From a virus, in the IMG/VR virus record IMGVR_UViG_3300045135_000745, positions 15,885 to 79,884 of that record: 64,000 nt of DNA, one strand, 5' to 3'. Both the position numbers and the translations under genes were made by a program. A model generated the notes under the pieces. The model made no database searches and was not told the DNA's origin. It saw only the letters and a program-made list of their open reading frames with translations. Position 1 is the stretch's first letter, and each line of letters starts with the position of its first letter. This document shows positions 37,329-46,817 of this stretch, piece by piece.

Positions 37329-38330
37329 TTATGCTACTGTTACTTCGCCTTGGTTACCAATCAGATACCAGTTAGTGCCGTCCCAAACGACCTGACATCC
37401 ATCATATTGTGCTAAGGCAAACGTAGTACCCTGAGCGAAATTTGCGGGAGTAACAGTTGCCGTACCCGCTCCTTTATTTGTAAAAATCTTGTATTCGCCA
37501 ACTACCGTACCATTAGCAAGAGAAACTGCTAAAGCTGATCCGCTGTTACAGATTATATATGTTGCTGAAGTTGATGCTGCACCCGATGTAGTAATAGTTG
37601 AAGAAGTGTAAGCTGCTTTTGCAATCTCAACTGAACCAGTACCTTTACCAGCTAATTTCATTGTTACATTAGTATCAGTACCAGATGCAGTAATAGTTGG
37701 TTTACCGGATGCCGCCGCATTTGCTAAACTAATTTCATTAGCGGCGGAAGCTGTTGCAGTAACTTTAATTAATTCAGCACCATTTGTATCATTAATTGAT
37801 GTTGTAATACGTGGGGCTGTAATAGCAGGAGTAGTAAGGGTTTTATTCGTTAATGTCGCAGCATGGTCAGCAAATACAATAGTATCACTATCTAAAAGAT
37901 CTGGGAAGTTAATAATTAAATCTGTACCAGAATCAACTACACCTTCATAATGGAAGTGATAATAACCAGTTCCTTCAACGCCGTGTAATCTTAAATCACC
38001 ATCAATTTTTGTATCATGTAAATGCTTTTTATAAAGACTCTGTTCTGCAGTCGTCGTGACGACCTCACCGGATGAATCTGGGAAATTAATGGTATTATCT
38101 TTTGTAGGATTAGTAACGGTAATCACTGTTTCGAAGTCATCAGCTGATGTGCCTTCAAATACAATATTATTATTTGTAAGGGTAATACCAGTAGAAAGAA
38201 CATCGCTGTCGCCACCAAGCTTGCGATAGATCTCTACGAAATTTTCATTGATCTTCTGTCCAGCACTACGTAGTGTATCGCCAGTTCCATCGTTAGCTGT
38301 CGTACCAGTACTAATGTTCTGTCTTGTCAT
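37329..38330 (-). CDS. Baseplate wedge / fibre connector (gp9/gp10-like N-terminus)
   Basis: RQNISTGTTANDGTGDTLRSAGQKINENFVEIY. Confidence 0.8.
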   Translation of the reverse strand: MTRQNISTGTTANDGTGDTLRSAGQKINENFVEIYRKLGGDSDVLSTGITLTNNNIVFEGTSADDFETVITVTNPTKDNTINFPDSSGEVVTTTAEQSLYKKHLHDTKIDGDLRLHGVEGTGYYHFHYEGVVDSGTDLIINFPDLLDSDTIVFADHAATLTNKTLTTPAITAPRITTSINDTNGAELIKVTATASAANEISLANAAASGKPTITASGTDTNVTMKLAGKGTGSVEIAKAAYTSSTITTSGAASTSATYIICNSGSALAVSLANGTVVGEYKIFTNKGAGTATVTPANFAQGTTFALAQYDGCQVVWDGTNWYLIGNQGEVTVA

Positions 38331-38354
38331 GATTAATTCCTGTTGAGTTTAATC

Positions 38355-38362
38355 TATTTATA
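38355..38362 (-). promoter_or_regulatory. Late promoter
   Basis: TATAAATA on the minus strand about 25 nt upstream of 38330. Confidence 0.75.
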
Positions 38363-38369
38363 TAAAAAG

Positions 38370-39353
38370 TTAGGGCAAATCTAAATACTGAAAGGTATTA
38401 TTAGTAGAATCCAAGTAGTCGAAATTGGACTGATCCATCGTTTCGACTGAGTTAGAGAAGTCGACTGATACGATAATACCATCAGAATCCTGATCGAATC
38501 TTGAGGAGTTTTCATCTTGGAATTCAATGAAGCTATTATACTGATCATCAAACTGTGCCAGTGTGACAGATCCACCAAGATCTGATATAGATTTATATGG
38601 ATCAATTCTTTCAGAATAAAGATCTGAATCGGCATCATCGGCAATAATAAGTGATAGAGGTTCGAATGTCAACGAAGCAATGGATGCGGTATTTTCGAAC
38701 GAAACCACGCCAGCATTTGAATCCAAAATTGAAATCGGCATATCACCGATACCAAGATTAACTGTACCTTCTACAACAATATCGCCAGCAAGATAAAAAC
38801 CTGACGGATGAACGAATCTTTTAAATAGGGTTTCCCATTTAGCTAAAGAAACCCCGGATCGAATCAAAATAGAATGAATCTGATATCTTTTATCATCCTG
38901 AATATATTTCAATGAGTCTGGGCCAAGTCTAGATTCATTAACAATAAACATATTGTTTTTAGGATATACAATATCTACTTCTTCGTCGAAAAATCCTCGG
39001 AAGAATAGTTTTGCAGAATTAGCGCTGCCTTTTTCTCTATAAAAATTGGCAAATAGTTTGGCAATCAATCTTGGGTTAATATTAAAGTCAGTTGAGTTTA
39101 ATCCGAGGCCGATCTCATCAAAGATCTTATCTAACTGGGAAAGTAAAGTAGTATTTAGATCTCTGGCTTGATATAATGAATTTAGTAAGTATGTAAACCC
39201 TTGGTCATCTTTTTCCATATAGTCATAATATGATTCCAGAAATTCTACAAGATTTGGATACTCCGTAGGAAAGTGTTCGGGTAAAACTTCTCTTACCTTA
39301 CTCGTATGGAAATTAACTGGAACGCGATTTAAATGACTTATATTATGAGACAT
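38370..39353 (-). CDS. gp7: Compact baseplate wedge initiator (gp7-like)
   Basis: LPEHF..EYP.LVEFLESYYDYME, FYREKGS..S.KLFFR.FF.EEV, FVHPSGF; follows gp6. Confidence 0.75.
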   Translation of the reverse strand: MSHNISHLNRVPVNFHTSKVREVLPEHFPTEYPNLVEFLESYYDYMEKDDQGFTYLLNSLYQARDLNTTLLSQLDKIFDEIGLGLNSTDFNINPRLIAKLFANFYREKGSANSAKLFFRGFFDEEVDIVYPKNNMFIVNESRLGPDSLKYIQDDKRYQIHSILIRSGVSLAKWETLFKRFVHPSGFYLAGDIVVEGTVNLGIGDMPISILDSNAGVVSFENTASIASLTFEPLSLIIADDADSDLYSERIDPYKSISDLGGSVTLAQFDDQYNSFIEFQDENSSRFDQDSDGIIVSVDFSNSVETMDQSNFDYLDSTNNTFQYLDLP

Positions 39354-41188
39354 TAGAGAGAAACCTCGATACGTTCATAATCGATCTGTGCTGAAGAGAA
39401 TGAATTCACTGTATCTAAACTTAATTTAAAATTTCTCAGAGGACGAACAGTACTTTGGTTTGCAGGGATTGCTGAAATCTTAATAAATGTATCTGAACCG
39501 ACAATAGCTACTGGTGCAAATCCAATAATACTAACTTTACCAGCAGTAGCATTGTAAGATCCTGCATTCGTAACCAATACCAGACCTTCGCCTTGGGTAA
39601 CAACCTGTAATGTATTTGTTCCTAATTTATTGCGAAGAATACAAGTTCTACCTTGATAGGTAAATGCATTCGAAGTAATAACATATTGTGTCGTAGAAGG
39701 AGCAGATAGTGCAACTGGGAAATTCACAGTATATGGATTTGATTGTGCTAAAATTGGAGTAAATCTTCTTTGTACTTTTACATCCATTCTTGAGTTTAGA
39801 ATAGCTTCAGATAAGTCATCGATATCAGCAATAATAGCAGATCTTCTAAAGATCTTATTAAATTCATTAAGATTAGTAGTAAAGTAATTTGATACTAATG
39901 TGTTTACTTGATTTTCAATAGAAGCTACGGTAGTGCTGGTCTTTGACGGGTTAAAGTTAAAGAACGTAGATGTTTCGATATAACATGTTTGGGCTTCTTC
40001 GAAAACTGGATCGATTGACATAATGCCACGGTTAGCAGATAGATCATTTGTAATATCATCCTGAACCGCAGTCTTAACTGCTGCAGTTGTACCAGTCTTA
40101 TAATCGAGAGCAACGTAAACTTTACCATAGTTTGGTGGTTCATTATCTTCGCCACCCCATGCGGTAACGTCATTCAAATAGTTACCATAGTTTGCTGTGA
40201 TAAGAGCAATGTAATCTTCTGCAGTAACTAATCTGTTTTGTGCAGCAAATTTAATAGGTGCATTTTGTTTGATCGAAGAAATTGATTCTTTATCAGCACC
40301 GCCAGCTGATCTAGTAACTGTAAGAGATGTAAGAGGATAAGACGAAGAACCTACCGTTACATCTGACTGAGGAACAAACAATCTTGCGTTGTTAGCTGCA
40401 GTAGAATTAGTTGAAAGATAGGTAACTACGATATATTGTCCTGCTGAAGGTTTTTCACCAATAATACTTCCATCACCAAAGTATAATTCGTAATATCCAT
40501 TTGGCGCTTCTCTTAAACCATAAAACTTAGAAGTAGCATCAATTGACAAAGCCGAAGAATATGGTAGATATGTATTGTATACGCTAGAATTTCTATTAGC
40601 ATATACCCTAACTACTGCAGTAGAAGTATCCATGTTTTCATCAGGAATAACATAAATTGGATTGTCTACCGAACTAACAGCAAATGATTTTGTTTTTAAT
40701 GTGCCTTCATAGATTGGAATATCTGTACTACCTGAAGCAGTTTCAAATCTGTAAATGCCATTACCATCGTCTGTAGCAATATAAGAATTAGTTGTGTAAA
40801 AAGTATAAGCAACGTCATCTACAGTAGTATTAAATCTTGTATTCGAAGGCAGTGTAACGGAAACTGGACGGACCGCATCACTAATGTTTAAAGATAAGTT
40901 AACAACCGCTGATGCAGCAGTTTTAGATCTCGGTGTATAACCAAGACTTTCTGCAATTGCTAGTACAGAACCTCTTAACTGAGCAGTGTTTAAAAATGAT
41001 TCGTTTAAAGCAAAGTTAGCAAGTAAACCATTATAGTGAGTGTTGTAAGCTAACACATCTAAGATAGTATCAAGAGCAGAAGCATCGAAGTCGTAGTCGG
41101 CAAAAGCATCAGTCGATACAAAGTGCGTTCTTAAAGCTTCTTTGATTCTAGCAAAATCGAGTTGAGTGGATTCTATACTAGTTGCCAT
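39353..41188 (-). CDS. gp6: Baseplate wedge subunit
   Basis: LDFARIK, LDVLAYNTHYN, ESFLNTAQLRGS, LGYTPRS, YFGDG, AQNRLVTAEDY, WGGEDNEPP.YGKV. Confidence 0.97.
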   Translation of the reverse strand: MATSIESTQLDFARIKEALRTHFVSTDAFADYDFDASALDTILDVLAYNTHYNGLLANFALNESFLNTAQLRGSVLAIAESLGYTPRSKTAASAVVNLSLNISDAVRPVSVTLPSNTRFNTTVDDVAYTFYTTNSYIATDDGNGIYRFETASGSTDIPIYEGTLKTKSFAVSSVDNPIYVIPDENMDTSTAVVRVYANRNSSVYNTYLPYSSALSIDATSKFYGLREAPNGYYELYFGDGSIIGEKPSAGQYIVVTYLSTNSTAANNARLFVPQSDVTVGSSSYPLTSLTVTRSAGGADKESISSIKQNAPIKFAAQNRLVTAEDYIALITANYGNYLNDVTAWGGEDNEPPNYGKVYVALDYKTGTTAAVKTAVQDDITNDLSANRGIMSIDPVFEEAQTCYIETSTFFNFNPSKTSTTVASIENQVNTLVSNYFTTNLNEFNKIFRRSAIIADIDDLSEAILNSRMDVKVQRRFTPILAQSNPYTVNFPVALSAPSTTQYVITSNAFTYQGRTCILRNKLGTNTLQVVTQGEGLVLVTNAGSYNATAGKVSIIGFAPVAIVGSDTFIKISAIPANQSTVRPLRNFKLSLDTVNSFSSAQIDYERIEVSL

Positions 41189-41189
41189 A

Positions 41190-41633
41190 TTATCTTAGCC
41201 TTACTACTGTTGTTTCGAATGTAACGATCTCTGAGGTGTTAACTATTTGGAACTCGACTTTTACACGAGCCGTATTATTATCTGGTTGTACATCCGGTTT
41301 AATTGATATGAGCTTTGCTCTTGGTTCAAAGTTTTCGATAGCAGCAGTGATATATTCTGTTAATACAAAATTCGTTTCATCATTTGCTAGTTCAAACAAA
41401 AGATCATTTAGGCCACCACCGAAATAAGGATTAAATGGTTTCTCGCCTGGAGTAGTTAACAAAAGATTCTTCACTGCTTGTTTAACAGCTGCTGCATCGG
41501 TTTTCTTATATACGTCACCATTTGGCTTTTTCGTAAATGTAAGATCGAGATCTGAATAGACTTTATTTCTAGAAGTCGTAAGACTCCTAGTTTGTAGATC
41601 TCCGTCTTCTGCAGCGAAATACTTTCTAACCAT
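41190..41633 (-). CDS. gp25: Baseplate wedge subunit / sheath initiator
   Basis: YSDLDL.F, AVKQAVKNLLLT.PGEKPFNPYFG, IENFEPR. Confidence 0.95.
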   Translation of the reverse strand: MVRKYFAAEDGDLQTRSLTTSRNKVYSDLDLTFTKKPNGDVYKKTDAAAVKQAVKNLLLTTPGEKPFNPYFGGGLNDLLFELANDETNFVLTEYITAAIENFEPRAKLISIKPDVQPDNNTARVKVEFQIVNTSEIVTFETTVVRLR

Positions 41634-41654
41634 TTTCTTTCCTAGAGTTTAGTA

Positions 41655-41662
41655 TATTTATA
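41655..41662 (-). promoter_or_regulatory. Late promoter
   Basis: TATAAATA on the minus strand upstream of gp25. Confidence 0.7.
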
Positions 41663-41670
41663 CTAGTTTC

Positions 41671-44400
41671 TTACCATAATCCATCTGCATATGCTTGTTT
41701 ACCTAATTCACTACGACCACCCACTGGACCATATAGATCTTGGTCTTCTTTAAACAATGCATATGATTTAGAAATATACATAGCCTCTTCTTTATTTGCA
41801 AGAGTCTTTAATTCCACTGGATTGACTGTTACCCAGAACTGTTTGCCGTTAAATACGAAACTATATCCATTTGATTCCGCGTTCAGTTTATTATTACGTA
41901 AGAAGCTTTCTACTTCTGCATCGCTCTTGAACTTACCATCAAGGATTTCTGGATTACCTGTATATTTTGCAACAGGTGCTTCTTCTGCCGGTGGTACTTC
42001 TGGTTCAGGTCGTACTTCCGCCGGCGGTTCACCACCAGTTGCCGCAGATGGTTGCGTAGGGGTTCCTGGTGATGGTTCCACCGGATCTACGCCACCAGTT
42101 GCCGGATCACGCGGTGCTGGTATGGTTCTTAATTCGTCTTCACCATCTGTCACTTCCAGATCAGTTGGATCAACACCATCAAGTTTAACTGGAGATTTCT
42201 TATCACCAAACTTAATAAACTCTTTACCTTGATTCGTATTGTTAAACTGTGTACTAGTTTTCATTTTAAAGTCTGCAGTAAAGTCTTCTTTTACTACTGG
42301 CATAATAACAATAATTTGGACATTGTGATCTTCGCCTTGTCCACGAGGATCTAATTCATCGTAGTCTAAAATAATTTCATCATAACGAATATTTGCTGAT
42401 AACCATACTGCTAAATCGAATGTTTTATCTTTATCGATAAGACCATTTGGTCCAATTACTTCATACACAACTGCACGACCTTGTGTTCGAAGATCGAGAA
42501 TACCATCTGGGGTAATCTTTTCTGTCGGTTCTTTTACATAAACGCCTTCGATGATTTCAATATTGTAACCTTTGAACATATCTTGGTTATCACGAATCCT
42601 TTGAACCATGTTAGCATGAGGAATAAGGTTACGAACAAGTTGTTTCTTTTCTTCGAGTCTTAGATTCGGATCTAACTTACCAGGATCACCTTTACCGTAA
42701 ACAAATTGTGATAGTGTGATACTACGAGTAAGTTTCGTAGTAGTTAGAATCTGGTCTGCACCGGCTGGATTAAATCTTGGATCAACTGAGATTGGGGCTT
42801 TTAGGTTTTGTTCGGGTTTAACTCTTGCCTTAGTATCCTTCGCACCAACCGCTGGGTTTCTACCTGTTACGGTTACCTTTTTAGGGTCTACCACCATTTT
42901 CACAGATGCTGGAACAGGATTATTATACTTTGGATTGATTGTACCGGCTGAAGCTTGATATTGCGCAAACTTGCCATTTTCCCTGTGCCCGACGTCACGC
43001 ATCCGCGCACGAACTTCATTTGTATTTAAGATGCGTTTAGTGACGCTGCCTGTATCACGAGTTTTATCGTATGCACCTTTTAAATGGTCTCCTTTATCAA
43101 CAAAGATCTTTTGGATACCATATCCACCCTTATAAAGATATTCTGCCATAACATCAGTAGTTGCTCTATTGGTTTGACCTTTGGTGTCAAAAGTTGCATC
43201 AGTTGAAGAAGTCTGAGATGCGCCACCGCCGCCAGAAGCTGCGGCAACGTTAGCTGCCAATGCCGAAGACGCTGTACCAAATAGGTCACCATGGAATGAA
43301 ATGGCGTTCATTGTTTTAGTTGCCGTAACAGTTTTCGTATTAACAGTTTCTTCTGCCCAGATACTATGACCGGTAAACATATTATAGTTGTGCATAATCA
43401 CACCGTCACCACCAATATTACCTGTAGCACCGAATACCGAAATATCTTCGGCGGCAATGTTAATATCAGGAGCTGATTGCGTGATTTGAACTTCAGACGA
43501 CATAGCAATGCCACCTTTCATTGCCATAGTACCGCCACCTTCTGCAACGGTCTTATGATCACCTTTTGTGTATACATCTCTAAATCCTAGAGCAGCACTT
43601 GAATAGTTTTCTGTCATAAAGTCTTGACGACTGCCAACAATAGAAGTATATTTGTTACCAAAGTAAAGATCTCTTGACGGACCGTTAATAGTTTTAGTTT
43701 CATCTTTTGCTTGAACGTTAAATGAACCGCCAACGTTTACGTTAAAATCTCCACCAACGTTTAATGTAAGATCCCCACTAAAATGTAATTGACCGTCACC
43801 AGTAACTACCAGTTTATGTCCACCGTGGTTAACTTCTACTTTACCGTCACCATGAGAAGATACGACAATTGTCCCATCAGGTCTCATATCAATGCCAGAT
43901 CCGGTATTGTGTTTAATTAGGATTCGAGAAGATTCTGGCGTATCGTTATATTCGATAACGTGACCGGATACAGTTTCGATAACTTGATTTAATGGATACT
44001 TAGCTGAAATGCCAGTTGTATATTGTGCAACATCAATACCACCAACTGTACCAGCAATATCGAGATAATGACTTGTATAATTTTGTTTGGCACTAAAGTT
44101 AATAGAAGTAGAATTTTCATATTCTGCCCTTGGCATCTGACCAGATAAGTCACCGAATGTCAAAGGCTTTTTCGGATAAGTTGTTTTACTTTCTTCCTCT
44201 TCTTCGCGAGCAGCTTCTTTTTTAGCTTCTCTTAAGATAGCGTCATCATATACTTCGATGTAACCTTTTTCAATAGAGTAAGCTCTTTCAGCATCAGTAA
44301 GTTTTGCACTTGCAGATGTACCTTCAGCTAAATCACGAAGATCCTCGACTGCCTTTTCATCGGCGTCCGTCCAAGATCCGTATATATTCTTTCCTGCCAT
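41671..44400 (-). CDS. gp5 C-terminal part (beta-helix spike) with degenerate peptidase-M15-like region
   Basis: YPLNQVIETVSGHVIEYNDTP...RI.IKH.TGS.I.M.PDG and VGGDFNVNVGG beta-helix repeats. Confidence 0.8.
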   Translation of the reverse strand: MAGKNIYGSWTDADEKAVEDLRDLAEGTSASAKLTDAERAYSIEKGYIEVYDDAILREAKKEAAREEEEESKTTYPKKPLTFGDLSGQMPRAEYENSTSINFSAKQNYTSHYLDIAGTVGGIDVAQYTTGISAKYPLNQVIETVSGHVIEYNDTPESSRILIKHNTGSGIDMRPDGTIVVSSHGDGKVEVNHGGHKLVVTGDGQLHFSGDLTLNVGGDFNVNVGGSFNVQAKDETKTINGPSRDLYFGNKYTSIVGSRQDFMTENYSSAALGFRDVYTKGDHKTVAEGGGTMAMKGGIAMSSEVQITQSAPDINIAAEDISVFGATGNIGGDGVIMHNYNMFTGHSIWAEETVNTKTVTATKTMNAISFHGDLFGTASSALAANVAAASGGGGASQTSSTDATFDTKGQTNRATTDVMAEYLYKGGYGIQKIFVDKGDHLKGAYDKTRDTGSVTKRILNTNEVRARMRDVGHRENGKFAQYQASAGTINPKYNNPVPASVKMVVDPKKVTVTGRNPAVGAKDTKARVKPEQNLKAPISVDPRFNPAGADQILTTTKLTRSITLSQFVYGKGDPGKLDPNLRLEEKKQLVRNLIPHANMVQRIRDNQDMFKGYNIEIIEGVYVKEPTEKITPDGILDLRTQGRAVVYEVIGPNGLIDKDKTFDLAVWLSANIRYDEIILDYDELDPRGQGEDHNVQIIVIMPVVKEDFTADFKMKTSTQFNNTNQGKEFIKFGDKKSPVKLDGVDPTDLEVTDGEDELRTIPAPRDPATGGVDPVEPSPGTPTQPSAATGGEPPAEVRPEPEVPPAEEAPVAKYTGNPEILDGKFKSDAEVESFLRNNKLNAESNGYSFVFNGKQFWVTVNPVELKTLANKEEAMYISKSYALFKEDQDLYGPVGGRSELGKQAYADGLW

Positions 44401-44420
44401 TTTTTACTCCGTTACCTCTA

Positions 44421-46817
44421 TCAAACTGCTGCTAACCAACTAGGAATGGCTGCACCTTTTTTAGCCCATTTACCACCTTGAGGTGTAATATCGATATGAA
44501 TACCACTGCCATTCATATAGTTTGGACCGACTCCAATACCTGTTGCACCAAGAGCCTTACATGCTCTTATATATTGTAGTGCTTTAGCTGGTGGATTCTT
44601 ACTAACGCCGGGAACGAGTCTGTCCTTACGATCCGCATCAGTATAAAGCCAAATATCTGCAGCGTATCCGTTATCATGTCTTACTGATCCAGTTCTTACC
44701 GCTTTTACAACATTTGGTAAAAACCAATCATCGCCTTCTTGGATACCGCCTTTAGCAATAGCTTCTGCTTTTGACATTTGACCGCCAGAATGAATGGTAA
44801 CATATAGACCAGTTTCTTTTGCAGCTTGGTCTAGAATTTTCATCAGCGATTGTTGGATAAGCTGATTACGAATTTTATTTGCTGTAAACCAATCCATACC
44901 ACCCTGATAAACTACCCGATCACTAATTGGTTTACCTAACTCATCACCTCTTGGCGTAGTTTGTGGAATAATATTTTCCACTTCGGATCTACCGTTAAGA
45001 CTCTTAACTAGCTTTTCGACGTCAATACCTGGTTCTTCGGGATTACCGCCTGCACCTCTTTCTTGTTGTGCAGTTAATTGACCTTTACCGTAAATGTTAA
45101 TACCAGGAAGGATTTCGATAAATTGCTTACAAAGCTTTCTTAATCCTTTGGCTTGTTCGACCGTAATTGAATCGGCAGTCAAAACCCCCGGCTCATTTCT
45201 AAAGACATTATATCCCCCAACGATAGCAACCTTTAAAGTAGTGTCTGTGCCAACTGGTTTGGATCTTTGGATTGTACCCATTGGCAAAATAATATAATGA
45301 TAATAGTTTTGTGGAATAATTGTATCTTTGTTTACTAAATCATCTTTGTAAGTTTCAGTCCAGCTAACTTCAATTTGTATAGGTTGTACTAGGGCACTAG
45401 ATACTTCTGCACTGGCTTCTTCCAAATTATTCAGGATAGGGAATTTTTCTGATAGCTCTGCAATACCTGCTACGACATTAGTTGAAACAATCTGATTACC
45501 AGCAACTGCTAAACTACTTCCTAAAGCAGTGCTAATATTTAATGCACCGATATCGGGAAGACCTGGTAAACTCGGTAATCCTGGTAAACCGGAAGTCAAA
45601 TCACTAAGAGCCCCACTAACTGCTCCACCAATTGCACCACTAACTGCAGAAGATAACCCACCGCTTAGCATAGAACTTACGCTACCAAAGCGCCCTTGTA
45701 AATCTGTAAGTTTACTTTCAAATCCACCAATATTGATGCCAATATCAAGACCCAAATTCGGTGTGGATTGTAAAAGATCCAAGGCGTCACCAACTGGCCC
45801 GTCAGTAAATTTTTTAACAAGTCCCCCCGCAATGTTATCGATACCAGGAATAGAAGGAAGACCTAAACTTCCTTTTACTACATCAAGAGTTCCGTTTGCT
45901 TTATGTAAAATATCTGATATTGGACCACCTGTAATTGACGGGATCATATCACTAAAGTTTCCTGTTAAATTATCAGCAAGACCGCCTAATTTGTCACCAA
46001 CAATATCACCAAGGTTCGGGATCTTAAGATCTGGAATTTTCATTCCAGCTAAAACACCTCCAAGATTTGCGGTAGCCCCGCCGAGATCGCCTTTAATACC
46101 GTTTAGAGCAGCTACCATTGTACCTTGAACTTCTTTCGAGGTTACTACTTCAACAGTTGGGATTACCTTTTTAGTTGCCTCTGAAATAGCTGAAACTGTT
46201 TCTGCCATAGCTGCTGGCGTAGGTAATGTTAATGCAATATTATTAAAATTAGCTTGTACATTAGAACCTACAATTGCATTTGCAATATCATTTGATGCAC
46301 TTTCCAGCGCTGGCTTAACCTTTGCAGCAGCAATAGGAAGACCGTCTCCAACTTCAGATAAAGATTTTTGTAATCCTGGCATTGCCGCTTGGAGGTTTGT
46401 CTGAACAGTAGTAGCAGCTTTTAAAGAACTACGAACAGTTGGTTCAATATCTTTTGGAAAGTCGTTTAATGCAGATGCCATTCCCTTCAAGCCATTATTT
46501 AATTCTTCACCTGCTCTAGGGAGTGACGACTTTAAAGTGTCTAACTTTAATTCTAAGTCCGGTAGACTCGGTAGCTCGATATCACCCAAAGAAGGAACTC
46601 TAGGTAAAGCAAGCGCACCTAAATCTGGAATACGTGGCTTTTGTTTTTCAAGAATCTTTGATACATCATTTAAAGCCGGAGCTGCTCGACCGACAAGATC
46701 CATATTCAAAGCTTTAAATTCATCTGCAGCTTTTGATATATTTAGTTCAATATCTGGTGTAGAGATCTTGGAGGCTAAACCTTCTAATTCTCTCGTTAAT
46801 CCCGCTGTATCGATCAT
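44421..46817 (-). CDS. Baseplate-associated peptidoglycan hydrolase (degenerate amidase plus peptidase M15 domain)
   Basis: Long G/L/S-rich N-terminus; amidase-like YHYII...GTIQRS.P; C-terminal SGGQ...SVRHDNGYAADI...IHID zinc motif. Confidence 0.65.
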   Translation of the reverse strand: MIDTAGLTRELEGLASKISTPDIELNISKAADEFKALNMDLVGRAAPALNDVSKILEKQKPRIPDLGALALPRVPSLGDIELPSLPDLELKLDTLKSSLPRAGEELNNGLKGMASALNDFPKDIEPTVRSSLKAATTVQTNLQAAMPGLQKSLSEVGDGLPIAAAKVKPALESASNDIANAIVGSNVQANFNNIALTLPTPAAMAETVSAISEATKKVIPTVEVVTSKEVQGTMVAALNGIKGDLGGATANLGGVLAGMKIPDLKIPNLGDIVGDKLGGLADNLTGNFSDMIPSITGGPISDILHKANGTLDVVKGSLGLPSIPGIDNIAGGLVKKFTDGPVGDALDLLQSTPNLGLDIGINIGGFESKLTDLQGRFGSVSSMLSGGLSSAVSGAIGGAVSGALSDLTSGLPGLPSLPGLPDIGALNISTALGSSLAVAGNQIVSTNVVAGIAELSEKFPILNNLEEASAEVSSALVQPIQIEVSWTETYKDDLVNKDTIIPQNYYHYIILPMGTIQRSKPVGTDTTLKVAIVGGYNVFRNEPGVLTADSITVEQAKGLRKLCKQFIEILPGINIYGKGQLTAQQERGAGGNPEEPGIDVEKLVKSLNGRSEVENIIPQTTPRGDELGKPISDRVVYQGGMDWFTANKIRNQLIQQSLMKILDQAAKETGLYVTIHSGGQMSKAEAIAKGGIQEGDDWFLPNVVKAVRTGSVRHDNGYAADIWLYTDADRKDRLVPGVSKNPPAKALQYIRACKALGATGIGVGPNYMNGSGIHIDITPQGGKWAKKGAAIPSWLAAV

